A stretch of 64,000 nucleotides of DNA from contig OZ024740.1 in NCBI GenBank assembly GCA_964016885.1, positions 82,770,001 to 82,834,000 on the forward strand, read 5' to 3'. A program made the translations under genes and the position numbers. Source of the DNA: Eledone cirrhosa (lineage: Eukaryota). The stretch's first letter is position 1, and each line of letters begins with the position of its first letter. Below, one piece after another: positions 12,147 to 25,114 of the stretch. The notes beneath the pieces are model-generated. The model worked only from the letters and a program-made list of their open reading frames with translations, was not told the DNA's origin and did no database searches.

Positions 12147-15100
12147 TTTGCATTTATCTTGCTTTATGTTTATACGAGTTATCACCAAGTCACAACCAGT
12201 GACCTCAAGAGACAACAAGGTCCGCCATGTTCAAGAAAGAACACACATATTCACACATGCATCCTTAGTGTTTAGACTTGTGATGTACTTATATTGACAG
12301 GATCTTCCTTAGTATATGGGCAGTTCCCATTAGTACTATCTTTTGTATTTCTCCTATACGCGGGTTTCCTGGGATTTGCGATAAGTAGTCGTTAGACCCC
12401 TTAGGTATCATTCCCAGAGCGCCTACAACCACTGGTATTGTTTTAGTTCTCAATTTCCACATTTTTCCAATTTCTATCTCCAGGTCCTTATACTTGCTCA
12501 ATTTTTCAAATGTTTTTATAGATACATTCTTGTCTATTGGAACAGACATATCAATTAGCAGGCATACCCTCCTTTGAAAGTCCTTCAATATTATATCAGG
12601 TCTATTTGCATCTATTTTTCGGTCTGTTTGGATGCTAAAGTTCCACAAGATTGAGATGTGATATTTTTCAAGTATGGGAGGTGGTTGATGCTCCCACCAA
12701 TTCTTTTGATGGGGCAGGTCAAAATGCTTACACATTATCCAATGTATGTATTGTGCAGCTCTGTCATGCCTGTTTAGGTATTCGGTTGGAGCTATGGGAC
12801 TGCACATTGAAATTATATGGTCAATGGTCTCTGGTTGTTTTTTGCATACACGGCATAGTGGGCTGCACCCATTTTTTATTATGTTGGCTTGGTAATTTTT
12901 TGTTGGCAGACACTGATCTTGTGCGGATATAATCAGTCCTTCAGTCTCCGATTTCAGTCCAGAGGATGCCAACCACTGATGGGTTAAAGTTTTGTCAACA
13001 TCAGGATTGTTAGCTCGCTCTGGGTATTTTCCATACAGAGGCTTTTCTTGCCATTTCTTAGCCAGTTTCTGTAGCAGTTCTTTCTTTGCAGTTACTTTTA
13101 CCTGCTTTGCTTTTTCTGTGTTTTCCAATACAGCAGTAAATGGGACTTCTGAAATTTGTAGTCCATTACTGTATCTTTGTGCATCTTTTGTAATGGAATA
13201 TGATCTTTTGGTGCTTTCGTGTTTCAAAACGAGTTTGATCATCCAATCATGTGATTCCCTTAGATATGTGGATAATCCAATTGTTGCAGTTTTCAACGCA
13301 ATGTCTAACTGGATTAACCCACGTCCTCCTTCTTTCCTAGGGAGATATATTCTATCTATGTCTGCCTTAGGGTGATGCATTCTGTGCCTGGTTAAGAATT
13401 TTCGGATTTTTGTATCGAGCCTACGGATCTCTGTGCTTGACCAGTTGATGACATTGTAACTGTAGGTTACTACTGGTATGGCAAGCGTGTTTATGGCATC
13501 GATCCTATTCCTTGCATTCAATTCCGTTCTTAAGATTGCTCTGACTCTGCGGTAACATTCCTTCCTTATCCTTTCCCTCATTGTCGAGTGCTTGATTCCG
13601 TCTCCTTCACAAACACCTAGATATTTGTAAGTTTGTTCTTGATCAAGCTCTCTTATCACGTTCCCCCGATCAAGATTAATGTCTGAACTCTTCAGCAGCT
13701 TTCCTCTGGTGAACGTTGCTTTGGCGCATTTATCCAGTCCAAACTCCATTTTAATGTCATCACTGAACTGCTTCACAGTGGATAATAGCCCTTGCAATTG
13801 TTCATCATTTTTTGCAAATAGTTTCAGGTCATCCATGTAGAACAGGTGATTAATGGTTTTGTCATAGACTCTATATCCATGTTTTGTTTCATTGAGCATT
13901 TTACTTAATGGTATAAGTGCGATGCAGAATAAAAGCGGTGATAAAGAGTCACCCTGAAAAATTCCACAATTAATGTTAACTTCTCCAGCTTCCAGTGATT
14001 TTGTTTCACTATTCAAAAGGAGTGTCGTTCTCCATGTCCTCATACTGAATGACAAAAACCTCCTGACAACGGGGGATATTTTGAAAATCTCTAAACATTT
14101 TTCAATCCAACTGTGTGGCAAACTATCAAATGCTTTTTTATAATCTATCCAAGCAATCGATAGATTTTTGTGTCTATTATGACAATCTTCCAGTATCATT
14201 TTGTTAACCAGAAGCTGATCCTTACAGCCATATGAGCCTCGTTTACACCCTTTCTGCTCAATGGGAAATAGGTCATTTGTTATCAGGTGGTCATATGTGT
14301 ATTCAGTTAGGACTGATGTTAAAATTTTATACATTGTGGTCAAGCAGGTTATCGGTCTGTAATTTTTGGGATTGTTTGTCTCATCATTCTTCGGTAGCAG
14401 GAATGTAATGCCGTTGACTAGCCATGATGGTATCTTTTCTGGCTCCTTAACTATTTCATTGTAAAGTTGGGCTAACAGCTCATGAGACTCTGTGAAGGCA
14501 TTTATCCAAAAGTTATGTATTTTGTCTTTTCCTGGGGATTTCCATTTGCTGGTTTTTCTTAGAGCCAAGCGCAGCTGTTCAACTGTTATATTTTCCCATG
14601 TTTGTTCTTCAAGGTGAGCTGTTTCTTTCATTTGTCTGTCTATCCATGGGGCATGTATGTTATGAACTTTTTCTTCGGCCCAGATCTTTTCCCAGAATTC
14701 TTGCACTTCCTCCTTGGGTGGTATTGATTTAGCAGTTATTGTTGACATACCAATTTTTCTGTAGAAGTTTCTTTGGTTGTTTTTGAACATATTATTATCC
14801 TTATAGAATCTAGATCGTTTTTCAAAGCGCCTTATACGAGCAGCTTTGGCCGACACTTTTTGCTTGATTGTTTCTATCAGCATGTCTATGTCACATGTTG
14901 ATCTTATACTGTACTTTTTTTTCAATTTTCTAAGTTTAGTTTGTTTAACATGTTCACCTACTTTATAGTTTGTTAAAATTTCTATGTCAGATCGGAGAAG
15001 GTTTATTTGGCGATTGATGTTATCTTGCCAAGTAGATTTCTTGTGGGAATTCCTTTGTTTTTTCATCTTCACTCCACATAAGTGAGTGGTGACTTTAGCC

Positions 15101-15381
15101 GATGCATAATAGAGATGATTTAAGTCAGTAATGTTTATTTTGTTTGTGATGATAATGTTTTTGAGAATTATGTTAGTCTTGTGTATTATCTTTTGGTTCT
15201 GTTTGGAGTTCTGGATCTTAGGGAGGGTGTCTCGTTCCCCCATGTCAGATTCTTTCATTTTCATCCATTCGATCATAATTTCATCCTTCAAGTTGGCAAG
15301 TTCATTCTCATTCATTTCTTTATCATTTACGATCTCATTATTTTCATTTAGAGTTTCATCCTGAGCATGCACTCCCTCCAC

Positions 15382-15383
<2 letters not shown>
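12147..15383 (-). mobile_element. R4/Dong-like element, family A copy 2 (5'-truncated)
   Basis: Open 1030-aa frame 12289-15381 with complete RT, CCHC and RLE. It is truncated into (TTA)n at ~15382. Confidence 0.95.
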
Positions 15384-15437
<54 letters not shown>

Positions 15438-15444
15438 GTTGTTA

Positions 15445-18400
15445 TTCCTTGAATCTCAGTCATTGATGTTGGTTAACTGGAAAGTCCGTTGGATTGAATA
15501 TCAAGCAACTACCTGCAGCCTCAGATATTCAGGACCTATCGGAGGGTTCTTGCTGTTCCCAGCAAGCATGCCTTTTGAAGCGTTCCAAAACGCGTGAAGG
15601 GGCCGATTATCTTTAACAATCCCTGGAAACTTGTGGAGATAGTCCCCAGTGCGCCTATGACAATCGGGATCACTTTGACTTCATGGCAGTTCCAAATCCT
15701 TTTCACCTCCCACTTTAGGTCCTGGTATCGGTTAATTTTCTCCCTCTCCTTCTCTTGCACTCTCGTGTCGAACGGGCAGGCCACATCCACAATCAGACAC
15801 GATCTTTTTTCTTTGTCCACAACCACCAGGTCAGGTCTATTGTGTTCCAGTTTTTTGTCCGTCTGTATCCTAAAATCCCACAGCACCTTCACCTGATTGT
15901 TCTCCATCACCGCCTCTGGCCTATGCTCATACCATTTCTCAGAATGTGGTAAATTGTTTACTTTGCACAGGTGCCAGTGGATCACCCTGCCCATCACATC
16001 GTGTCTCCAGCCCTTATAGTGGGTCTGGGCTAGGTGTTTACACTCGGACACAATGTGAGCCACAGTCTCCTCTCTCTCTCCACAGATCCTGCACAGTGGG
16101 CTAGCCTCCTCCTTGTAGATATGGTGCTTCAACCACTTCGTTTTGAGGGCCTGCTCCTGCGCAGCCATTAGCATTCCTTCTGTAGCCTTTTTGAGGTCTC
16201 CTCTTCTCAACCAGTTCCATGCCTGTGGATCTCTAAATTCAGTTTTCTCAAAGAAGGTACTATGAAGGGATTTTCCCTTAAGGCTGCTCTTCCTCCTTGA
16301 TGTTATTTCCTCCTTGGACATCCCCTGGCCTACTGTCCCCTCCTTCAGTACAGTTCTGAGCATTGGCTCCTTACTATAGGTCACGTATTTGTATAGGTTG
16401 TTTTTCTCCATCTGAACACAGTCCTCTATGCTGATAAGACCTCTTCCACCCTCAGATCTCCTTAGGTAGAGTCTATCGACATCACTCCTCTTGTGGAACA
16501 TGTTGTAGATAGTCAATAGCTTCCTAGTCTTCCTATCCATTTCTTTTTGTTCAGCAACATTCCATCTCAGAATTCCCGCACTGTACCTAATAATAGACAC
16601 AGCTCGGGAATTTACTGCGCTTATGGCATTTCTGCTGTTCAGATGTGACTTCAATACGCTCCTTACTCTCCGAATGTATTCAGTTCTTAACAATTCATTC
16701 ATTTTTTTGTTCTTTATGCCATCAGCCTCCAGAACGCCCAAATACTTGTATCCTTCCTCAGAGTCAATTTCCTTTATCATCTCACCTGTTGGTATCTGGA
16801 TCCCGTTACTTCTGCTCAACCTACCCCTCCTCATCACAATGACTCCACATTTACCAATACCAAACTGCATACATATATCACTGCTGAAAATACTGACAGT
16901 GTCAACAAGCACATCCAACTCCTTCTCACTTTTCCCGAAGAGCTTAAGATCGTCCATGAAGAGGAGGTGATTGATGGTAAGCTCTCCCCTTCCCAACTTG
17001 TATCCTGCTCTCACTTTTCGCAACGTAAAGGTCAAGGGCATCAGGGCAAGGACAAACAACAGAGGGGACAGGCTATCTCCCTGGAAGATACCTCTCTTGA
17101 TCTTCACGCTCCCCAAGGATACTCCAGTTGATGTCAACTCTGTCTCCCAGGACCCCAAACTCCTGCCCAGCAACTGTCTGATGTTATCTGCCACCCTGAA
17201 GATCTCCAGGCTTTTGGTGATCCAGGAATGAGGCACCATGTCAAATGCCCTTCTGTAGTCTATCCATCCCATGGCAAGATCAGTGTGTCTCCCCCTGCAA
17301 TTCCCCATTACCATCTTATCAATAAGTAACTGGTCCTTTGTACCACGTGACTTCTTTCGGCATCCTTTCTGTTCGTCCGGTAACATGTTGTTTGTGTGGA
17401 GGTAATGGTTGATTTCCTCATACATAATGCTTGTCAACAGTTTCCACATTACGGACAGACATGTGATAGGTCTATAGTTGGTAACATCATTACCCTTGAT
17501 TCGGTCTTTCATTATCAGAACTGTGGTACCTTTTGTCAACCACTCTGGCACCTCACCCGACACCAAGCAGTCATTGAACATGGCCGTCAGCTTCGGGTGG
17601 AGGGATGTTAAATGTTTAGTCCAATACCCCTGCACACCATCTGGGCCTGGTGATTTCCAGTTGGTTAGTTTTTTGGCCTGCCCCTTAAGAGTTTCAACTG
17701 TGATACTCAAATCAGTTTGTTGTTGTGCCTGCTCACCGATCTCCCTCTGTACTGTCTCAATCCACCCTGCCTGGGCATTGTGTCTAACATCCTGCTCCCA
17801 TATTCCTCTCCAGAATGTTTTAGTTTGCTCCGCCCCAGGGAGCAAGTCGTTGCCTCTTTCCTTCCCCTCAAGCTGTCCAAACAACATCTTCTGGTTGTTG
17901 TCGAACATGCGGTTCTGTTTATACTGACTGACTCTGTTCTCGTATCGCCTGATTTTTGCACTCTTTGCTACAATGCGTTGCTTCAGTTCCTCTATGATAA
18001 TATTTAGCTTTATCCTCCTATTTTTGTATTTTATTTCCAGTCTATTTTTAGTGTCTATGTTTTTTAGTGTCCCATTCAGTAGTGACTCAAGCTTTCCTAT
18101 GTCATTTCTCATTTCCCCGATTTGCCCACTCAGTCGCTTCTTCCACCACGGCTCTGCTCTTTCTTGTCTGTTGTTTCCTCTCGCTCTTATACCAAGTAGT
18201 TTCCTCACCGTATTTGCTGTTGCTTTGAGGATATTGTTGCACTGGTGAAGGCTCCTCGCCTCAAGGTATGGGATGACTTTGTTTACCTTAGCTGTTGTTT
18301 CTTTTAACTTTTTCCTGTCTACAAATCTTAGGTTCATAGGTCTCCCACTATCATTGTTCAATTCATCTACCACTAAATTTAGGATGTCAACCGAATCTTG

Positions 18401-19976
18401 TCCTAGCCCGTCAGCATTCATCTCCTCAGTGGCCGTATCTCTGTTCCAGGTATTATTTATCTCAGTATTCAGATCATTGTCTGCTTTGGGTGGTTCCTCC
18501 GTTCTTAGGACCTCTTCACCTTCATTTCCCACTGGCTCGCTTGTCTGGCATACTACACCCGCCATCTCCAAGCCATTCTCTCTGCTCAGTTCCTCCAGTT
18601 CCAGCTCGCTTATCCATCCATTAGTTCTTATTACCCGAGCCTGCCCGGCCAATTTTTGTTCATCTAATTTAAATAAACCAATCTCGTTCCAGATGTTATG
18701 CATCCGTCTCCTGTAGCCTCTCTCCTTGGGGTTACTTTTCAGGTAACATTGCATAACAGTTCTATTCAATTCTTTCGTCCAGTTGGTTCTGGCCCCTTTC
18801 CTTCTTCTCCTTCCTCCAACATCAGCAGTATTTGGTTGACAGTCAGGTTCCTGCTGCTGAGCCAGGGGGCACCTGTTGGGTGAGAGTCTGTCACATGACG
18901 TTCTAGTCTCCATTTCACCGTTATTCGAACTGTTTATGTTCGATATTTAAACACTCTTATCGAGGATTGGCGAATGTATGGTTACATATCCATCTGTGGA
19001 TCCGCCATTCCACTTGGCCCTTGTGTGGCATTATCACCACGCTGTATACGAACACACTTAAACAAACAAACACACAGGCAGAAAGGGCCCCAAAAATGAA
19101 TAAGCATAAGTTTCATTGTAATGTAGTGTTCGAATGTCTGACTTAGTTTTTGTTTTTTAAGTTTTAGTTTTTCCCCCCTCTTCTCTGTCCGTCCGCCTGC
19201 TTCTCTCTTCATTCTTATTTTGTTCACGTTTTGGGTTTTTTTTTTTTTTGGGGGGGGGGGGGGGGGGTTGGTTTTTCTCTGTTTGTTTTTCTCGTTTTTT
19301 GCTGTTGTTGCTGTGCTGCTTTGGTTTTGTTGTTTGTTTTTTCTTTTTTCTTTTGAGTCTATCTATATATTTTGATGTCTTCCTCTTTTTTAGCAGTAGG
19401 GATTCTATAATGTGGTGGCAGCAGCCAGCTAAAAGAAGTAGGAGACTGGCTGCGGTAGCGATACTGAGACAGTGGTGGTGGTGATGTCGATACCGAGGCA
19501 GTGGTGGCGGTGATGTGACCGTATTACTGTAGTGATGGTGCTGTAGCGGTGGTAGCAGTGAAGGAGTGAAGGGGTGGTGGCGGCGGTGATGGGATAATGG
19601 TTGTAATGATGGCCGTAGTGAGCGGTGGTGGTTTAGTGTACACAGGTGATGGGGTGGGTGGTGTATCTAGTTTCTGGTGTTGGTGAGTTTGGCTGTTCTA
19701 TATAGTGTAGACAGAGGAGGATGGGGGGGGGGTTCTTCTTCCATTTATAACCATTTTCTTTTTTGGATATACAGTGTACAATACAAAGTTGAATATTTGA
19801 ATATTTGAGCCTTATAACAATATATTTTGGGTCCGAATTTTTTGGGGCTCAAGCCGGGTGCTTTACGTAGCATTTGTACTAAGAGTTGTTATTTCACAAA
19901 TGATTTAAATATGTTAAAAATTCAAAACTTACGGGAGCGATTTCATGACCTCCGTCACCTCGTGCGTCTTCTTCCC
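15445..19976 (-). mobile_element. R4/Dong-like element, family B copy 1 (full length)
   Basis: The 5' end GGGAAGAAGACGCACG is shared with the copy ending at 30002. It has a ~1.06-kb 5' UTR and (TTA)n on both sides. Confidence 0.95.
15536..18913 (-). CDS. RT-CCHC-RLE polyprotein of family B (1125 aa; premature stop removes the last 5 residues)
   Basis: Motifs KSPGPDG, YRPITCL, WIDYRRAFD, QGDSLSP, FMDD, CRIC..H..C and RPDLVVVD..DVACP. A TAC>TAG change relative to the other copies ends the frame early. Confidence 0.9.
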   Translation of the reverse strand: METRTSCDRLSPNRCPLAQQQEPDCQPNTADVGGRRRRKGARTNWTKELNRTVMQCYLKSNPKERGYRRRMHNIWNEIGLFKLDEQKLAGQARVIRTNGWISELELEELSRENGLEMAGVVCQTSEPVGNEGEEVLRTEEPPKADNDLNTEINNTWNRDTATEEMNADGLGQDSVDILNLVVDELNNDSGRPMNLRFVDRKKLKETTAKVNKVIPYLEARSLHQCNNILKATANTVRKLLGIRARGNNRQERAEPWWKKRLSGQIGEMRNDIGKLESLLNGTLKNIDTKNRLEIKYKNRRIKLNIIIEELKQRIVAKSAKIRRYENRVSQYKQNRMFDNNQKMLFGQLEGKERGNDLLPGAEQTKTFWRGIWEQDVRHNAQAGWIETVQREIGEQAQQQTDLSITVETLKGQAKKLTNWKSPGPDGVQGYWTKHLTSLHPKLTAMFNDCLVSGEVPEWLTKGTTVLIMKDRIKGNDVTNYRPITCLSVMWKLLTSIMYEEINHYLHTNNMLPDEQKGCRKKSRGTKDQLLIDKMVMGNCRGRHTDLAMGWIDYRRAFDMVPHSWITKSLEIFRVADNIRQLLGRSLGSWETELTSTGVSLGSVKIKRGIFQGDSLSPLLFVLALMPLTFTLRKVRAGYKLGRGELTINHLLFMDDLKLFGKSEKELDVLVDTVSIFSSDICMQFGIGKCGVIVMRRGRLSRSNGIQIPTGEMIKEIDSEEGYKYLGVLEADGIKNKKMNELLRTEYIRRVRSVLKSHLNSRNAISAVNSRAVSIIRYSAGILRWNVAEQKEMDRKTRKLLTIYNMFHKRSDVDRLYLRRSEGGRGLISIEDCVQMEKNNLYKYVTYSKEPMLRTVLKEGTVGQGMSKEEITSRRKSSLKGKSLHSTFFEKTEFRDPQAWNWLRRGDLKKATEGMLMAAQEQALKTKWLKHHIYKEEASPLCRICGEREETVAHIVSECKHLAQTHYKGWRHDVMGRVIHWHLCKVNNLPHSEKWYEHRPEAVMENNQVKVLWDFRIQTDKKLEHNRPDLVVVDKEKRSCLIVDVACPFDTRVQEKEREKINRYQDLKWEVKRIWNCHEVKVIPIVIGALGTISTSFQGLLKIIGPFTRFGTLQKACLLGTARTLR

Positions 19977-20033
<57 letters not shown>

Positions 20034-20037
<4 letters not shown>

Positions 20038-20278
20038 TTGAATCTCAGTCATTGATGTTAGTTAACTGGAAAGTCCGTTGGAATGAATATCAAGCAACGA
20101 CCTGCAGCCTCAGATATTCAGGACGTATCGGAGGGTTCTTGCTGTTCCCAGCAAGCATGCCTTTTGAAGCGTTCCAAAAAGCGTGAAGGGGCCGATTTTC
20201 TTTAACAATCCCTGGAAACTTGTGGAGATAGTCCCCAGTGCGCCTATGACAATCGGGATCACTTTGACTTCATGGCAG

Positions 20279-20280
<2 letters not shown>
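20034..20280 (-). mobile_element. Family B copy 2, ~250-bp 3' end only
   Basis: Matches the 3' UTR and C-terminus (..GTARTLRYVLNI) and is bounded by (TTA)n. Confidence 0.92.
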
Positions 20281-20321
<41 letters not shown>

Positions 20322-20323
<2 letters not shown>

Positions 20324-23300
20324 TGCATTTATCTTGCTTTATGTTTATACGAGTTATCACCAAGTCACAACCAGTGACCTCAAGAGACAACAAGGTCCGC
20401 CATGTTCAAGAAAGAACATACATATTCACACATGCATCCTTAGTGTTTAGACTTGTGATATACTTATATTGACAGGATCTTCCTTAGTATATAGGCAGTT
20501 CCCATTAGTACTATATTTTGTATTTCTCCTATACGCGGGTTTCCTGGGATTTGCGATAAGTAGTCGTTAGACCCCTTAGGTATCATTCCCAGAACGCCTA
20601 CAACCACTGGTATTGTTTTAGTTCTCAATTTCCACATTTTTCCAATTTCTATCTCCAGGTCCTTATACTTGCTCAATTTTTCAAATGTTTTTATAGATAC
20701 ATTCTTGTCTATTGGAACAGACATATCAATTAGCAGGCATACCCTCCTTCTAAAGTCCTTCAATATTATATCAGGTCTATTTGCATCTATTTTTCGGTCT
20801 GCTTGGATGCTAAAGTTCCACAAGATTGAGATGTGATCTTTTTCAAGTATGGGAGGTGGTTGATGCTCCCACCAATTCTTTTGATGGGGCAGGCCAAAAT
20901 GCTTACACATTATCCAATGTATGTATTGTGCAGCTCTGTCATGCCTGTTTAGGTATTCGGTTGGAGCTATAGGACTGCACATTGAAATTATATGGTCAAT
21001 GGTCTCTGGTTGTTTTTTGCATACACGGCATAATGGGCTGCACCCATTTTTTATTATGTTGGCTTGGTAATTTTTTGTTGGCAGACACTGATCTTGTGCG
21101 GATATAATCAGTCCTTCAGTCTCCGATTTCAGTCCAGAGGATGCCAACCACTGATGGGTTAAAGTTTTGTCAACATCAGGATTGTTAGCTCGCTCTGGGT
21201 ATTTTCCATACAGAGGCTTTTCTTGCCATTTCTTAGCTAGTTTCTGTAGCAGTTCTTTCTTTGCAGTTACTTTTACCTGCTTTGCCTTTTCTGTGTTTTC
21301 CATTTCAGCAGTAAATGGGACTTCTGAAACTTGTAGTCCATTACTGTACCTTTGTGCATCTTTTGTAATGGAATATGATCTTTTGGTGCTTTCGTGTTTC
21401 AAAACGAGTTTGATCATCCAATCATGTGATTCCCTTAGATATGTGGATAATCCAATTGTTGCAGTTTTCAACGCAATGTCTAACTGGATTAACCCACGTC
21501 CTCCTTCTTTCCTAGGGAGATATATTCTATCTATGTCTGCCTTAGGGTGATACATTCTGTGCATGGTTAAGAATTTTCGGATTTTTGTATCGAGCCTACG
21601 GATCTCTGTGCTTGACCAGTTGATGACATTGTAACTGTAGGTTACTACTGGTATGGCAAGCGTGTTTATGGCATCGATCCTATTCCTTGCATTCAATTCC
21701 GTTCTTAAGATTGCTCTGAATCTGCGGTAACATTCCTTCCTTATCCTTTCCCTCATTGTCGAGTGCTTGATTCCGTCTCCATCACAAACACCTAGATATT
21801 TGTAAGTTTTTTCTTGATCAAGCTCTCTTATCACGTTCCCCCGATCAAGATTAATGTGTGAACTCTTCAGCAGCTTTCCTCTGGTGAACGTTGCTTTGGC
21901 GCATTTATCCAGTCCAAACTCCATTTTAATGTCATCACTGAACTGCTTCACAGTGGATAATAGCCCTTGCAATTGTTCATCATTTTTTGCAAATAGTTTC
22001 AGGTCATCCATGTAGAACAGGTGATTAATGGTTTTGTCATAGACTCTATATCCATGTTTTGTTTCATGGAGCATTTTACTTAATGGTATAAGTGCGATGC
22101 AGAATAAAAGCGGTGATAAAGAGTCACCCTGAAAAATTCCACAATTAATGTTAACTTCTCCAGCTTCCAGTGATTTTGTTTCACTATTCAAAAGGAGTGT
22201 CGTTCTCCATGTCCTCATACTGAATGACAAAAACCTCCTGACAACGGGGGATATTTTGAAAATCTCTAAACATTTTTCAATCCAACTGTGTGGCAAACTA
22301 TCGAATGCTTTTTTATCTATCCAAGCAATCGATAGATTTTTGTGTCTTTTATGACAATCTTCCAGTATCATTTTGTTAACCAGAAGCTGATCCTTACAGC
22401 CATATGAGCCTCGTTTACACCCTTTCTGCTCAATGGGAAATAGGTCATTTGTTATCAGGTGGTCATATGTGTATTCAGTTAGGACTGATGTTAAAATTTT
22501 ATACATTGTGGTCAAGCAGGTTATCGGTCTGTAATTTTTGGGATTGTTTGTCTCATCATTCTTCGGTAGCAGGAATGTAATGCCGTTAACTAGCCATGTT
22601 GGTATCTTTTCTGGCTCCTTACCTATTTCATTGTAAAGTTGGGCTAACAGCTCATGAAACTCTGTGAAGGCATTTATCCAAAAGTTTTGTATTTTGTCTT
22701 TTCCTGGGGATTTCCATTTGCTGGCTTTTCTTAGAGCCAAGCGCAGCTGTTCAACTGTTATATTTTCCCATGTTTGTTCTTCAAGGTGAGCTGTTTCTTT
22801 CATTTGTCTGTCTATCCATGGGGCATGTATGTTATGAACTTTTTCTTCGGCCCAGATCTTTTCCCAGAATTCTTGCACTTCCTCCTTGGGTGGTATTGAT
22901 TTAGCAGTTATTGTTGACTTACCAATTTTTCTGTAGAAGTTTCTTTGGTTGTTTTTGAACATATTATTGTCCTTATAGAATCTAGATCGTTTTTCAAAGC
23001 GCCTTATACGAGCAGCTTTGGCCGACACTTTTTGCTTGATTGTTTCTATCAGCATGTCTATATCACATGTTGATCTTATACTGTACTTTTTTTTCAATTT
23101 TCTAAGTTTAGTTTGTTTAACATGTTCACCTACTTTATAGTTTGTTAAAATTTCTATGTCAGATCGGAGAAGGTTTATTTGGCGATTGATGTTATCTTGC
23201 CAAGTAGATTTCTTGTGGGAATTCCTTTGTTTTTTCATCTTCACTCCACATAAGTGAGTGGTGACTTTAGCCGATGCATAATAGAGATGATTTAAGTCAG

Positions 23301-25114
23301 TAATGTTTAGTTTGTTTGTCATGATAATGTTTTTGAGAATTATGTTAGTCTTGTGTATTATCTTTTGGTTCTGTTTGGAGTTCTGGATCTTAGGGAGGGT
23401 GTCTCGTTGCCCCATGTCAGATTCTTTCATTTTCATCCATTCGATCATAATTTCATCCTTCAGGTTGGCAAGTTCATTCTCATTCATTTCTTTATCATTT
23501 ACGATTTCATTATTTTCATTTGGAGTTTCATCCTGAGCATGCACTCCCTCCACTTTTTCGCTCCTTTCTTTAATTTGTTCTGTTGCCAGTGATTCCGCCC
23601 CAACCCTGGGATTCGAAGTGTTACAGTTTACCTCGTTTTCACTGACACATGCTTCATTTTCCCTTCGCTGACTTTGTGCTACTAGCTTGATCTGATCAAT
23701 TTCTATATCAGTTAGTATCTTTTTTCTTACAATATTTCTTCGTATATTGGCTAGTTTGTTACTGTCAATATAGCCTCTGTTTTCGGGATGTTTCTTTTTC
23801 CAGTTGATATATGTTTGTTCTGTATTCGATGTATTTGATGGGTAGTACATGGCAGTGTAGAAAGCCTCAAGGACTTCTTTATTATCTTCCCTTGACCATT
23901 TTTCTCTCTTTTTCTTTGGATTTCTTGGTGGTGAGCATGGAGGGCCAACAGTAGGAGTATTCCGGTTATGGGAGGTCTCCAGCTCCGAAGTGATGGGAAG
24001 GTTTGAACCATTAGCTGATTTTTCGACCCCAGTCTGGTTCCTCTCTGAGGGACGCGGCACTTTTTTACCCGGGTGACGGCCGATCCGGTATGAGATTTTA
24101 TCATTAGACATTTACTTTATTTTGTCGCGTTTTATCCTTATCCGCCAAGGGGTAATCATTTCGTGTTACCACTTCTAGAACGCGTGTCAACCAAGACTAG
24201 AGGGGTCGTTCTCCCCTAGAGACATGGCTATTCCCCGCCGGCCGCCATCCCGGTATTTCTTGGTCACGGGGTTTTCTTTTTGTTGTTTTTTTTAAAATTG
24301 TTATTATCATGAGTGGTTCCTTAATGTGAGCATTGCGTGGCTTAAGAATGAAATTATTAATAATTATCTCCACTCCAGGCACAAGGCCAGCAATCACCCA
24401 GTGCATTACAATAATATAATATACTTTTTGTTGTAGTTGGCTGTTATTGCTGCTGGCTATGTCGGTGGTGGTGCCGGGGCTTTTTATATTGTTGGTGAGG
24501 AAGGGGTGGGCCAGCAGTCCCATAATTGTTGATGTAGACGTTTGGCCGTGGCAAGGTCACCAAGTCAATCTATTTATATCTTTTGCTCTATTTATCTCTC
24601 TTGTCTAGTGCTACCGCCACCTTCCCTTTTCTCTCTCAAGTTAACAGGGGAATAGTGTCAGTAGCACTGAATGAGTGGTGGCGGCGATGATGGATGTGGT
24701 GGGGTGGTGGCAGCGGTGGTGTTGTGGTTACTGATATAGTATCTATGAGTTTCTGTTCGTATGTTTAATATATATTTTCATTATATTTTGTGTTGACATA
24801 TTCCCGTAAAATTTGAATTAAACATTTTTTTAAATTTGAGACAATAATAATAGTAATTATTATTATGATGCCGGTGAAATTGCCGTTATCTGGTGTGATG
24901 GGATAGGTAGAGTATCAAGTTTCTGGTGTTGGTGAAATTGAAATTGCCGCTGTTCTATATAGTGTAGACAGAGGGTGTTTTGTTCCATTTATAACCATTT
25001 TCTTTTTTTGAATACAAAATATATAATACAAAATTGAATATTTGAGCGATACAACAATATAATATGGATCCGAAACTTTATGGGACCTCATTCGGTGCCT
25101 TTATGCAACATTTG

